Positions 1 through 11,433 of a stretch of DNA of 64,000 nucleotides are shown piece by piece; within the stretch, counting starts at the first letter, position 1; each line of letters begins with the position of its first letter. The translations under genes and the position numbers were made by a program. Under the pieces are notes generated by a model that was given only the letters and a program-made list of their open reading frames with translations, made no database searches and had not been told where the DNA came from. This DNA comes from Eledone cirrhosa (taxonomy: Eukaryota): assembly GCA_964016885.1 (NCBI GenBank), contig OZ024762.1, positions 24,056,001 through 24,120,000 of the forward strand, in the 5' to 3' direction.

Positions 1-204
1 CACTGGTTTAACCGCTTTACTTCCCTCCGAAGAAGAGATATTATCTCGAAAATTAAGGACATTTAAATAAATCTAAGGTAAAAGACTAATTGTCAACAAT
101 ATCTTTTGCATTTGCATTCTTTATTCTATGTCCATACCTGCATTGTTTTGGCTTTATTATACATATACAAACGTTTATATATATATATATACACATATAC
201 ACAG

Positions 205-340
205 AGTGCAGCATCTTTTCACACATTGTGATTCTTTGTTATCTCCTCTGTGAGTCTCAGTGATTTGAGATCAGCTCTCACAACCTCTGCCCACATCTTT
301 CTTGGTCTTCCTCTACTGCAGCTTCCTTCCACTGGCACTT
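205..340 (-). mobile_element. Short degraded 3' fragment of an RTE-clade LINE ORF
   Basis: The minus strand translates as VPVEGSCSRGRPRKMWAEVVRADL, the RGRPRKxW C-terminal motif of RTE ORFs. Confidence 0.6.
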
Positions 341-630
341 TTTGTTCAAACTGGCCATAACTGGCTGCTCAAATTGATGTTCAGGTATTATTCTAAAAAT
401 AAATAGTATCAAAATCTCATGGATTTGATATTATGTGCGATAAGTATGTGAGATAATGCCTTTACCGTGAAAATATAATAGTAAATATAATGTAAATACT
501 ATGTGATATTATGTGAGGTATTTTGTGAGTTAAAGCCTTTACCGTGAAAATATAATAGTAAATATAGAGTAATGTAAATGTTATGTGGGATATGTGAGTT
601 AAAGCCTTTGCCTTGAAAATATAATAGTAT

Positions 631-1339
631 ACGCAGACTGGAAAGGAATGAAGCATGCATGCTCCGTTGGATGTGTAATAGTTATATACGTGAACGGCAA
701 AGCATAAATGAACTAAGTGAGAAATTAGGAATAAGAGGGATCAGATGCTGTTTACTTGAGAGAAGACTACGTTGGTATGGCCACGTGATGCGCATGAAAG
801 ACGACAGCTTTATAAAAAAGTGCAGGGCGATCAAAATTGATGGTAGTTACGGAGTAGGTAAACCCAGAAAAACTTGGGACGATTTGATAAATTCCGACCT
901 TACACACTTGCACCTCTCTAAGACAATATCACTGGACCGAGATCTTTGGCGCTACGCAGTATTACAGAAGACCCGCCTTGCCTATGTACAAAGCGAAACC
1001 TACAGTCAGTAGGTACCTCTTAACTAAATATACACCCCAATCCACCCACTCCCACCAACACCACCCTCTCTCTGTAAAGTAGGTACCACAGCATCCAGTT
1101 CAAATAAATGAGATTATGAGATCGAGATCGTGTAGGTGTCACGACAAAAGAAAAAAAAAAAACACACAGTCCACGCTGTAATGTGGCCGTGTAGGTAACA
1201 TGGTAAAAAGTTCCCAGTTCCACACTGTAAACGTGGTTGGTGTTAGGAAGGGCATCCAGCCGTAGAAAACCTGCCAGATAGTCCTATATGACCGAGACAC
1301 GGTCACAAGATGGTCGTTAAACGAAGATGATGATGATGA
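631..1339 (+). mobile_element. 5'-truncated RTE-clade LINE (ORF C-terminus, 3' UTR, (ATG)n tail)
   Basis: ORF 659-1012 reads MLRWMC...ERRLRWYGHVMRM...GKPRKTW. The 3' UTR carries gttggtgttaggaagggcatccagc and ends gatgatgatgat. Homologous to the copies at 55793 and 59361. Confidence 0.92.
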
Positions 1340-1865
1340 TATAGAGTAATGTAAATGTTATGTGAGATATTATGTGAGGCAAAGCCTTTACTGTGAAAAT
1401 ACAATAGTATATATAGAGTAATGTAAATGCTATGTGAGATATTATGTGAGGTAAAGCCTTTACTGTGAAAATACAATAGTATATATAGAGTAATGTAAAT
1501 GTTATGTGAGATATTATGTGAGGTAAAGCCTTTACTGTGACAATACAATAGTATATATAGAGTAATGTAAATGTTATGTGAGATATTATGTGAGGTAAAG
1601 CCTTTACCGTGAAAATACAATAGTATATATAGAGTAATGTAAATGTTATGTGAGATATTATGTGGGGTAAAGCCTTTACCGTGAAAATACAATAGTATAT
1701 ATAGAGTAATGTAAATGTTATGTGAGATATTATGTGGGGTAAAGCTTTTACCGTGAAAATACAATAGTATATATAAAGTAATGTAAATGTTATGTGAGAT
1801 ATTATGTGAGGTAAAGCCTTTACCGTGAAAATACAATAGTATATATAGAGTAATGTAAATGCTAA
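1340..1865. repeat. 72-bp minisatellite, about 7 copies
   Basis: Unit atagagtaatgtaaatgttatgtgagatattatgtgaggtaaagcctttaccgtgaaaatacaatagtatat, seen as a 24-aa periodicity in the ORF track. Confidence 0.95.
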
Positions 1866-2000
1866 AGGATTAAATCCAGTTTCAAATATATACTGTTTTA
1901 GCATAAAATATTTGTGATTTGTAAATTAATAAATGATTTTCCTATTCTATAATTAAATAATAATAATTTGTTTATCTATCTATTTATTTATTTATTTATC

Positions 2001-2030
2001 ATTTTTCTATTTTTTGTATTTTAGGTAAGT
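2001..2030 (+). promoter_or_regulatory. Candidate recursive splice site (3' splice site directly followed by 5' splice site)
   Basis: atttttctattttttgtattttAG|GTAAGT: a T-rich tract plus TAG immediately followed by the consensus donor GTAAGT. Confidence 0.35.
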
Positions 2031-2108
2031 GTCACCATTTTATGGATTTTTTACCTGCTGTAATGTGATGTTGTGAGATTCATGCCACACCAAGCTCAAT
2101 ATATATAT

Positions 2109-2170
<62 letters not shown>

Positions 2171-2284
2171 TGAGTGTGATTATTTTCACCTGCAATAAAG
2201 GTATTTCTTGCTTTTAATTTCATGTTAAAGAAAAATAACTTTAAAAAACCCTCAAAAGGTTTCACTAATAATTCCTTTCTGATA

Positions 2285-3035
2285 TTGGCACAAGGCCAGC
2301 AATTTGGGGGGAGGGGCAGAGAATCGATTATACTGACCCCAGTAATTTACTCGTATTTTATATTATCATCCCAGTAAGGTTGAAAGGTAAAGCTAAACCC
2401 GACAGAATTTGAACTCAGAACATAAGAGGCCTGAAACAAATGCTCTGGTGACATTGTTTTGTTTCACTGCTGCGATGAAGACCAAAGTTATTTTCTTACA
2501 CAACTCAAAAAAAGTGTTTAACCCTTTAGCATTTAAACCAGCCATATCCAGCCAGAACTCTCTCACCTTTTTCTGTTGAAACTGGCCGAAACTAGCTTCT
2601 TATACTAGATAGAAAGTGAGAGAAAGGAAATGAGAAAGAGATATATAAGAAGAATCAACCCCAGTACTAGGCTGGTACTTTTTTTGTTGACCTTGGCAGG
2701 ATTTGAACTCAGGGAGAAGAGAGCCGGATACGAATGCCATCAAGCATTCTTTCTGACATTCAAACGACTGCCAATTCACCACCTTATAATAGTAATTGTT
2801 TCTACGTTAGGCACAAGGCCAGCAATTATCCAGTGCATTACTGGTACTTTATTTTATCGACCCCGTAAGGATGAAAGGCAAAGTCAACCTCGGCGGGATT
2901 TGAACTCAGATCGTAAAGGGACGTAACTATGCTGGAAAGCATGGCGTCCAACCCTCTACTGATACTGCCAATATGGTTTCTAATTTAGGCACAAGGCCAA
3001 CAACTTATGAGGAAGGGGAAAGTCAATTAAACCCA
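2285..3035 (-). mobile_element. Cluster of tRNA-derived SINE-B copies (best copy 2791-2972) with a piggyBac-MITE end at ~2518-2600
   Basis: Reverse complement of ggcagtatcggtagagg...gagttcaaatcccgccgaggttgactttgcctttcatccttacggggtcgataaaataaagtaccag...gccttgtgcc. Confidence 0.85.
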
Positions 3036-3419
3036 CACGCACCCAGCGCCTCACATTGTGCTTATATATGATCCCATGCTCTATTTAACAATCGGATGAT
3101 ATAGTTCAGGCTTTTCAAATCAATTCTGCCAGATAGTTGCACTGTTAGATTTAGTGAAGCATTATGTATTGCCTCATTAGTGCAGATGCATGGTTAATGG
3201 AAGAGAAAAGTGTGGTGGTAGTATATACCAAAGACTTACATACATAGATATATTGCTATGAAGGATTTTGTAGTGATTAAACTTAGCTCTAGACATGTTT
3301 ATATTATACTGTCTCTATTCAGATGAGCTGTATGCCATTACTGACGTCAAGCTGTCATCTGAATGAGTGCCTAAACGCAACAAAATTTAAGTTATGGCAT
3401 ATGGCTCAGGTGAACAAAT

Positions 3420-3422
3420 GTA

Positions 3423-3462
<40 letters not shown>

Positions 3463-3529
3463 CATATATATGTATATGTATATATATATATATGTAAATA
3501 TATATGATGATGATATATATATGTATATG

Positions 3530-3574
<45 letters not shown>

Positions 3575-3715
3575 GTGTATATATATATGTGTATATATGT
3601 ATATATATGTGTGTATATGTATTTATATATGTGTGTATATGTATATATATATCTGTGTATTGTGAACTTTTTCCCTGTTCTTATTTTTCATTACAAACAA
3701 CGTGCATGTGATGTA

Positions 3716-3763
<48 letters not shown>

Positions 3764-3793
3764 TACTGATTTACAGTATAGCAATGTATACAT

Positions 3794-3848
<55 letters not shown>

Positions 3849-4001
3849 TATGCATTACTGATTTACTGTATAGCAATGTATACACACACACACATATATA
3901 TATATACTTATATATATATATACTTATATATATATATATAATGCACACACATACACATATATTTGAAATTTATTTGCTTCCTTATCAGTATACATACATA
4001 C

Positions 4002-4049
<48 letters not shown>

Positions 4050-4166
4050 TATATATACTGTATATATATATTATATAATATATATTATATTTATATTATA
4101 TAATATATATATATAATGGACTGACTAATGTATGGTGACTATACACATGTGTATATACACACACAC

Positions 4167-4222
<56 letters not shown>

Positions 4223-4675
4223 ATTATCCAAAGTACCTGAGGGTGTGTGTATATATGTGTGCATGTCTGTGAGTCTATATATGTGTGTATGTGTATATGT
4301 GTATATCACCCAAAGTACCTGAGGGTATGTGTATATATCTGTGAGTCTGTGTGTATATGTGTCTCTGTGTGTGTGTATATTATCCACAGTATCTGAGGGT
4401 GTGTGTATGTCTGTGAGTCTATGTCTATATATATATATGTGTGTATATATGTATGTGTATCAACCACAGTACCTGAGGGTGTGTGTATGTATATGTGTGT
4501 ATGTGTGCATAATCCGCAGTATCTGAGGGTGTGTGTATGTATGTGTGTATGTGTGTATCATCCATAATACCTGAGGTTGTGTGTATGTATGTGTATGTGT
4601 GTGTGTGTGTGTATGTATGTATGTGTGTATGTATGCATATGTATGTATGTATGTGTATGTATGTATGTGTGTGTA

Positions 4676-4712
<37 letters not shown>

Positions 4713-5239
4713 ATGTATGTGTGTGTGTGTATGTATGTGTGTATGTGTGTGTGTATGAGTATGTATGTATGTATGGGTATGTATGTATGTGTGTATGTAT
4801 GTATGAGTATGTATGTATGAATGTGTGTGTATGTATGTGTATGTATGTATGTGTGTGTGTATGTATGTGTGTGTGTGTATGTATGTGTGTGTGTGTGTGT
4901 GTATGTGTGTATGTATGTATGTATGTATGTGTATGTATGTATGTGTGTATGTATGTATGTGTGTATGTGTGTGTGTGTATGTATGTGTGTATGTGTGTGT
5001 GTGTATGTATGTATGTATGTATGTATGTGTGTATGTATGTGTATGTATGTGTGTGTGTGTGTGTATGTGTGTGTGTGTGTATGTGTATGTATGTGTGTGT
5101 GTGTGTGTATGTGTGTATGTATGTATGTATGTATGTATGTGTATGTATGTGTGTATGTATGTATGTGTGTATGTGTGTGTGTGTATGTATGTATGTGTAT
5201 GTGTGTATGTGTGTATGTGTGTATGTGTGTGTGTGTGTA

Positions 5240-5270
<31 letters not shown>

Positions 5271-5290
5271 GTATGTATCATCCACAGTAC
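3420..5290. repeat. Compound (TA)n/(GT)n/(GTAT)n microsatellite field with a recurring ccacagtacctgagggt motif
   Basis: Direct inspection. Confidence 0.95.
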
Positions 5291-5929
5291 CTGAGGGTAA
5301 TGGGGGGTGTCTCTACGTGATTGATGTAAGGTAGATAAAAGATGAACTGGCATCCACTTCATCAGGCCTCCTCCTCCTTCCTCCACCTCCTCCTCCTTCC
5401 TCCACCTCCTTCTTCCACCTCCTTCTCCTCATCACATCTCTTCCCCTCCCTCTCCTCTTCCTCCCCCGCCTCCTCTTCCTCCCCCTCATCACTATCACTC
5501 TACACCCCTTTCTCCCCCTCCTCCTCATCATCACTTCTCTCCCCCTTCCCTCCTCCTCCTCAACCTCACTACAGTCACATTCCAGTTAAATAAATTCATT
5601 TTCCTCCTCCATATATGTTATCCTCCTTATTTCCCCTCATACTACTCCCCTCACCATACCCACTCCTGCTCCTCCCCTCTATATCACCCCACTCCCCCTT
5701 CATCACAAATTCACCTAACTTCACTTCACTCCACACACACCTTCCTCCTTCAGCTCTATTACTTTACTAAATACTTCTTCCCTCTCTCTCTCACCGCCTC
5801 CCCCCTCTCATTCTTAATACACAGTGCTACCCTGCTCCCTCTCTCCACTCTCCTCCACCCTCATTCTCAATAAATATTGCTACCCACCCTGTACTCATTT
5901 TCAGTTGAGTATACTGGAGAAACACCTCC

Positions 5930-6150
5930 CCGCCCTCATTCTCAATAAACAGTGCTACCCCACCAGATCTACCCTCACGCCCTCATTCCTAATAAACAGT
6001 GCTACCCCACCAGATCTACCCTCACGCCCTCATTCCTAATAAACAGTGCTACCCCACCAGATCTACCCTCACGCCCTCATTCCTAATAAACAGTGCTACC
6101 CCACCAGATCTACCCTCACGCCCTCATTCTCAATAAACAGTGCTACCCTG
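5930..6150. repeat. ~47-bp minisatellite, about 4.5 copies
   Basis: Unit ccctcattcctaataaacagtgctaccccaccagatctaccctcacg. Confidence 0.9.
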
Positions 6151-6469
6151 CCACATTTCAAACTGCCCTTCACCACCCCAGCTGCAGTTAACATCAGAAT
6201 TTTAGAATCTTATAAACATTCAATTTCAGTTTATTTTATGTTTCTGTTTTATCTTTATTATTCTAACACACCTGACAGTAACCATCTGGATGCAGGTAGA
6301 GTAGAGTGGTGGTGCTGCTGAGGGGGTAGGTGTAGGTGTGTTCTGGTGGATTGGCAGAATCGCTAGAGCATCAGACCATCGTTTCTCATCTCATCTCAGC
6401 CGATCTTGTGATCGAACCAGGAAGATATAATGATAATACTCGGGCAGAGGTTATGAGGAAAAAGGAACG

Positions 6470-6678
6470 ATCGACTTTTGTCAAATCGGACCGAGGAAAC
6501 TATGTTTCCATTGGTCTTTCCAATTGCTAATACTATCTATCGGCTGCAACTCCAGGTAGAAGGAGAAACGTGAAATAAAGTGTCTTGCCCAAGGACATAA
6601 TGCATCACCCGGTCCAGGAATCGAACTTACACCTTCACGATTATGAATCCAATTCTCTAACCACTCAGCCACACGCTG
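6470..6678 (-). mobile_element. tRNA-derived CORE-like SINE, tail variant C
   Basis: The minus strand has A/B boxes (gtggctgagtgg...gttcgattcc), then gtccttgggcaagacactttatttcac. The tail matches 41145-41360. Confidence 0.8.
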
Positions 6679-6699
6679 ACCTCAAATCACTGGAAATAC

Positions 6700-7410
6700 T
6701 CCCATGATTTCTCGAAGATCTTCTGCAGTGTGAATATTTGGTTGGCTGTGCTGTGTCCAGGGTGAAAACCACACAGGTCATCAGCTAGCTTCGACTCGAC
6801 AATCTCCCTGCATTTCTTTGCCAGACACTTAGCATAGACTTTACTGGGGAAGCTTAACAAGGAGATGCCTCTGTAATTGGAACAATCTCTCTAGACTCTC
6901 TTTTTCGAAATTGGGAATATCACTCCCGATTGCTTTGGTGCCCTTCCAGAGGTCCAGGCCACCCAGCACACACGAATCAGCCAGAGAATGCCTTCTTTAT
7001 TTAAGGCTTTTAACATCACGGGCTGGATTTCATCTTTACCAGTGGCCTTGCCACATTTGCTCTCTTTAACTGCTCTTGTGACCTCAGCCTCTGAGAGATT
7101 AGTGACAGCTCCCAGATGCACCTCGTGAACATCAGAAGATGTGATTGGATTTAGGAGATCAGCAAAGTATTTTCTCCACCTTGCGAGGATGCCCCTCTCT
7201 GGAGATAGGAGAACCACAGATGCTTGATATCAGGTGTGGAGCAGGGCTTCTTATTACGAAGTCGACAGATGGTCTGCCAGAACACTTTATTTGCTGATTT
7301 GAAGTCGGATTCCAGCTTAATCTCAAAGTCCTCCCATGTCTTAACTTTGGACGCCCTTACTGTCTCTGTTGCGATTTTTCATGCCTGTTTGTACTGCAAG
7401 TGCAAGCAGG
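6700..7410 (-). mobile_element. Degraded RTE-clade (Rex3/Expander-like) LINE internal fragment
   Basis: ORF 6891-7217 ARWRKYFADLLNP...GKATGKDEI..MLKAL...IFPISKK continues into CSNYRGISLLS, the RT domain 0/1 region. Confidence 0.85.
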
Positions 7411-7429
7411 ACTATCCCTTCGCCTAAAT

Positions 7430-7665
7430 TGTTGGCCTTGGGCCTAAATCAGAAACTATTATTATTATTTAACAAGGGTTACGGCCCTTTACAGCGTAGA
7501 GTTATGCCCTTTACGATCTGAGTTCAAATTCCGCCGAGGTTAGGTTTGCCTTTGATCCTTATGGAGTTGACAAAATAAAGTACCGGTAATGGTCTGGGGG
7601 TCGATTTGATCGACTTTCCTCTCCCCCAAAATTGCTGGCCTTGTGCCTATAGTAGAAATTATTAT
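7430..7665 (+). mobile_element. SINE-B copies, partial
   Basis: gagttcaaattccgccgagg...ttgctggccttgtgcctatagtagaaattattatt. Confidence 0.8.
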
Positions 7666-8226
7666 TTAACGAGGGTTGTGGATTAGAAGAACTGTCAGAC
7701 TGTTGGATAAAATGCCATGCAAAATTCTGGGTCTTCTATTCTAAAATCAGTAGATGCAGATATAAATATTTCAAAATGCTACAGTGAAATATCTTATTCA
7801 AAATACAGAAAGACATAACGGTTCCACGTGGGGATGAAATACAGTTCTGAGCTTGCAGATAGAATAAATGGAATGTGTTTTGTATCATTTGATTTATATA
7901 TATATATATAATTTAGAATAAGTCGTTTTCAAATACAAAAACATATAAAGGTAGGTGGAGAAGTTATGACAGCTCAGAATAGGAGATTTATTAGAGTAAA
8001 CTATTCAGAACACTACATACAACATTTAATTGTATGAATTCCTTAAAATAATTGTTTATGTAGACAGATAGAGAAAATATTACATTGAAATAAGACCAGC
8101 TTTGGGTTTTTTACTTATCTCTATATCCTCTCAACATCTTTCCATGTATTGAGTACTCCCATGATTAGTGGTCTCCCCAATCTCAGCACCGCAGACTCTC
8201 TCTCTCTCTCTCTATGTATATATATA

Positions 8227-9479
8227 TCTATATATATAAAACTGAGGTTGTCTGTCTGTCTGTCTACTAAAACGGTCGGCACACATCTCCTCCTAAACCG
8301 TACGTTCAAATTTCAGTGAAATTGCTACACTTATAGATGAAAGTCCGGCGGAGAGATCGGTCAAAAGAATTTTCAAATCGACCCACGCCAAGTGCAAAAA
8401 TCGAATTTGCAATGTATTGATTTTTCAGTTCAAATGTATAAATAGAGATGAGAGACGAGTTATTTCCCTTTTATGGCGTCATTTGTTTATCTATTTATGT
8501 TACGAACAAACTACGCGTGCAAAAGAACAAAAAATACATGAACAGTTTTCGGGCCAGCAACATTTTAACCTGCAAAATTGATGAGTTCGAAGTTTCAACA
8601 TTAAGCTTTCATTTTGCTTCATTTCCATTAAAAAGTCTTTTAAAACAATATATTTACTCGAAAACAAACCTATTTGAATACACCGTAAAACAAGCAAATA
8701 TTTTGTAAAAAAAGCATTGATCTATATATATAATCGCGAATAAAGCCTTATGAGATTTTCATTTAGTTACCACATGAAAGTCTACACTGTAGACTCTACA
8801 GTTTTTAAGCCAAGCCCCGAGCAACACCGGGCTTTACTGTTATATGCGATAAAGTTGTGCAGACAGACAGTCGTGCAGAGGGGTGATCTAGGCGATAAAG
8901 TTGTGCAGACAAACAGTCGTGCAGAGAGGTGATATAGGCGATAAAGTTGTGCAGACAGACAGTTGTGCAGAGAGGTGATCTAGGCGATAAAGTTGTGCAG
9001 ACAGACAGTCGTGCAGAGAGGTGATATAGGAGATAAACTTGTGCAGACAGACAGTCAGGCTGATAGACGATGGAGGCGTGCAGACAGACAGTCGTGCAGA
9101 GAGGTGATAGGCGATAAAATTGCATTTTCTTTTTGTTTTTCATGTCCGTCTAATTTCTTTGTTTCATAATAACTGATAAGTTTGGTTACGCTGATGTTTT
9201 TCTCTGAGACAAGTGTTGCAGTGTTTACATTTTCGATGTTAATAGATTACCAATGCAGTTTTTATCCCCAGCATCATCTTTTGTTTTAACATTCGAGTTA
9301 TGGTTATGTTTTCTTAACTTCATAAGGCATACTGTTGGTTGAGGGAATATTAATCAAAAGCACCACATGAAAGTCTACACTGTAGACTCTACAGTTTTTA
9401 ATCCCAAGAAAGGAACTTAACATTGTAACTGTAACACAGCTACTGAGCAGCCCTGAGCAACGCCGGGCTCTACTGCTAG
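8227..9479 (+). mobile_element. Composite non-autonomous Helitron with an internal ~46-bp tandem repeat
   Basis: 5' A|TCtatatatataaaactgagg at 8227 and a second TC start at 8721. 3' hairpin ccctgagcaacgccggg then CTAG|T at 9476-9480. No TSD. Confidence 0.8.
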
Positions 9480-9505
9480 TATATATATATACATATATAT
9501 ATATA

Positions 9506-9765
9506 TGATGTGTTGTTTCCTTGAGCAAGACACTTTATTTCACATTGCTCCAGTTCACTCAGCTGTAGAAATGAGATGATAGGGACTGGGGTCCCTATCA
9601 TTCCACTGCAAAGTGGACGTGTAGGCGCCACGGAAAAAAAACACCCAGCACTCACTATAAATGAGGTTGGTGTTAGGAAGGGCATCCAGCTGTAGAAATG
9701 AAGCCAGAATCAGTTGCCGTCCCATCCTTGCAAGCAGGGAAAAGCGGACGTAAAATGAAATGATA
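9506..9765 (+). mobile_element. 5'-truncated CORE-like SINE-A with RTE-derived tail
   Basis: Matches 38305-38641 from tgtgttgtttccttgagcaagacac to ggacgtaaaatg. Confidence 0.88.
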
Positions 9766-9779
9766 TATGTATAGAATAA

Positions 9780-10160
9780 GAAAATGCGAAGTAGTTTCAG
9801 ATGTTAAAGTCCTTTATTGATAAGGCTGTCATACATATTTCCATGACAACAGTGGCCACGCGATTCCGCGTACCCAGTGCCATGATCTCATCAGACAGCT
9901 TCTTACATAATAAGGTTACATTCTCGAGGCAATCCAAATTAAAACGACAAGGAAACGGACATCGATGATGTTTTTGAACCCTTCGCCCAATATATATATG
10001 TATTCTGATGATTTGATCAGAGACACTCACTGTATTTAAGGTCGAGTGACGCGATTTCGAGTGATCAGCGGCCTTTAGACTCACCTGATCAATGAAACAA
10101 TTGTTAATACTGTAAATAAAACCCTTTTTGAACAGCCGACCATTATTCTTCACTCTTTCA
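9780..10160 (+). mobile_element. Degraded Penelope-like element 3' end (GIY-YIG C-terminus plus pLTR with hammerhead-like motif)
   Basis: Broken frames give ..HDNSGHAI.. and ILEAIQIK, resembling the PLE endonuclease end. They are followed by CTGATGA at 10005 and GAAAC at 10094, with ttgatcag/ctgatcaa pairing between them. Confidence 0.45.
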
Positions 10161-10352
10161 CTATATATATATATTCATATATATATAATTTGGAAATTCT
10201 GCTTCGAAGAATTGAGACGTATCTGGGGACCTTGCGATTTCAGAGTCAGGTTCGATCATCGCATCGATTGTGCCTCGAGTTGGTCGCCAGAGAAACGATT
10301 GTAATATGTCTAATACATTTTATTTGTCGCACCACTGATTCTCCGTTCCTAT

Positions 10353-10406
<54 letters not shown>

Positions 10407-10412
<6 letters not shown>

Positions 10413-10738
10413 AATTTTGACATAACCAAGGAGGATATACCTTAACGGTTGAAGTAATCCTTGGATAGTCTATCCAAGGATAATTTCAACCGTTAAGGTA
10501 TATCCTCCTTGGTTATGTCATAATTTATAAAACACAGTTCGCATTTTATCTGATGATAGCGTACCAAAGTTTTGGTACCCTTGAAATATATATAATAGAA
10601 TAAATATGGTTTTATAAATATAGTTTCCATTTATTTAATATCATTGTATATTATACTACAGAAAACTTGTAGAGTGCTCTGAATCAGTTATAAACATTTA
10701 TATTTGTTGAATTACCAATAAATTGAATATCCCTTCTG

Positions 10739-10740
<2 letters not shown>
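10407..10740 (+). mobile_element. (TA)n-flanked Penelope-pLTR-like element with terminal palindrome and hammerhead-like motif
   Basis: Palindrome 10407-10531. CTGATGA at 10550, stem gtaccaaa/tttggtac, GAAA at 10583. The body is homologous to 61700-61935. Confidence 0.6.
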
Positions 10741-10796
<56 letters not shown>

Positions 10797-10800
<4 letters not shown>

Positions 10801-11425
10801 CTTGATCGACCAGTCTGTCGGGCGTCCAATCGGCGGCGCTAGTCACAGCATGCCGTCCATTCCTCTATGGATCATGCATTCCTCATCCATGTAGTCCCAA
10901 TCGTATTCCTAAAATCGTAACTCCACCCTCGTGGAGGCCTTCCGAGTGGTCGTTTCCGCTCGCGCGGGTACCACTCGGCAACTGCACGGGTCCATCAAAT
11001 GGTGGTTGGCGGTGATGAAATAGAGGAGGTGGAAGAATATGTCTACCTGGAACAAGAAGTGAACATGCGCCGAGACATTGAGAGGGAGATCTCGCGGAGA
11101 GTGAGAGCCGGATGGAAGGCGTTCAACGGCATAAGGGATGTGCTCAAGGGGAGGTTGGACATGACCACCCGCGCCAACCTCTTCAATAGCACAGTTTTAC
11201 CTGCAATGTTATATGGCAGTGAAACTTGGGCTACAACGAAGAGAGAAGAGCAGAGGCTGATAACGGCTCAAAGAGCCATGGAGAGATCAATGCTAGGAAT
11301 CTCGTTGAGAGAGCACATCAGGAGCGAAGTCATCAGACAGAAGTCCGGCGTGAGGGACGTCATCACGGAATATATGCGCAGCAAGTTCAGATGGGCTGGA
11401 CACGTCGCCCGGTTCACCGATAATA
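10797..11425 (-). mobile_element. RTE-1-like LINE insertion with 5' inversion
   Basis: Plus-strand 10997-11424 encodes ...LYGSETW...KFRWAGHVARFTDN. Minus-strand 10996-10797 encodes the direct continuation RWTRAVAEWYPRERKRPLGRPP. Confidence 0.9.
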
Positions 11426-11433
11426 TATATATA

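Larger units (their letters stand above)
341..1873. mobile_element. piggyBac-type MITE remnant whose subterminal part is expanded into a 72-bp tandem array and interrupted by a LINE
   Basis: The body ttcaaactggccataactggctgctc...aaaatctcat recurs at ~33720, ~33900 and ~63500. It ends aaatgctaaaggattaa, matching the family terminus aatgctaaagggTTAA. Confidence 0.55.

Noticed and set aside
3342-3349. Perfect CRE palindrome TGACGTCA
   Set aside because: A single 8-mer is near chance expectation in 64 kb, and there is no promoter context
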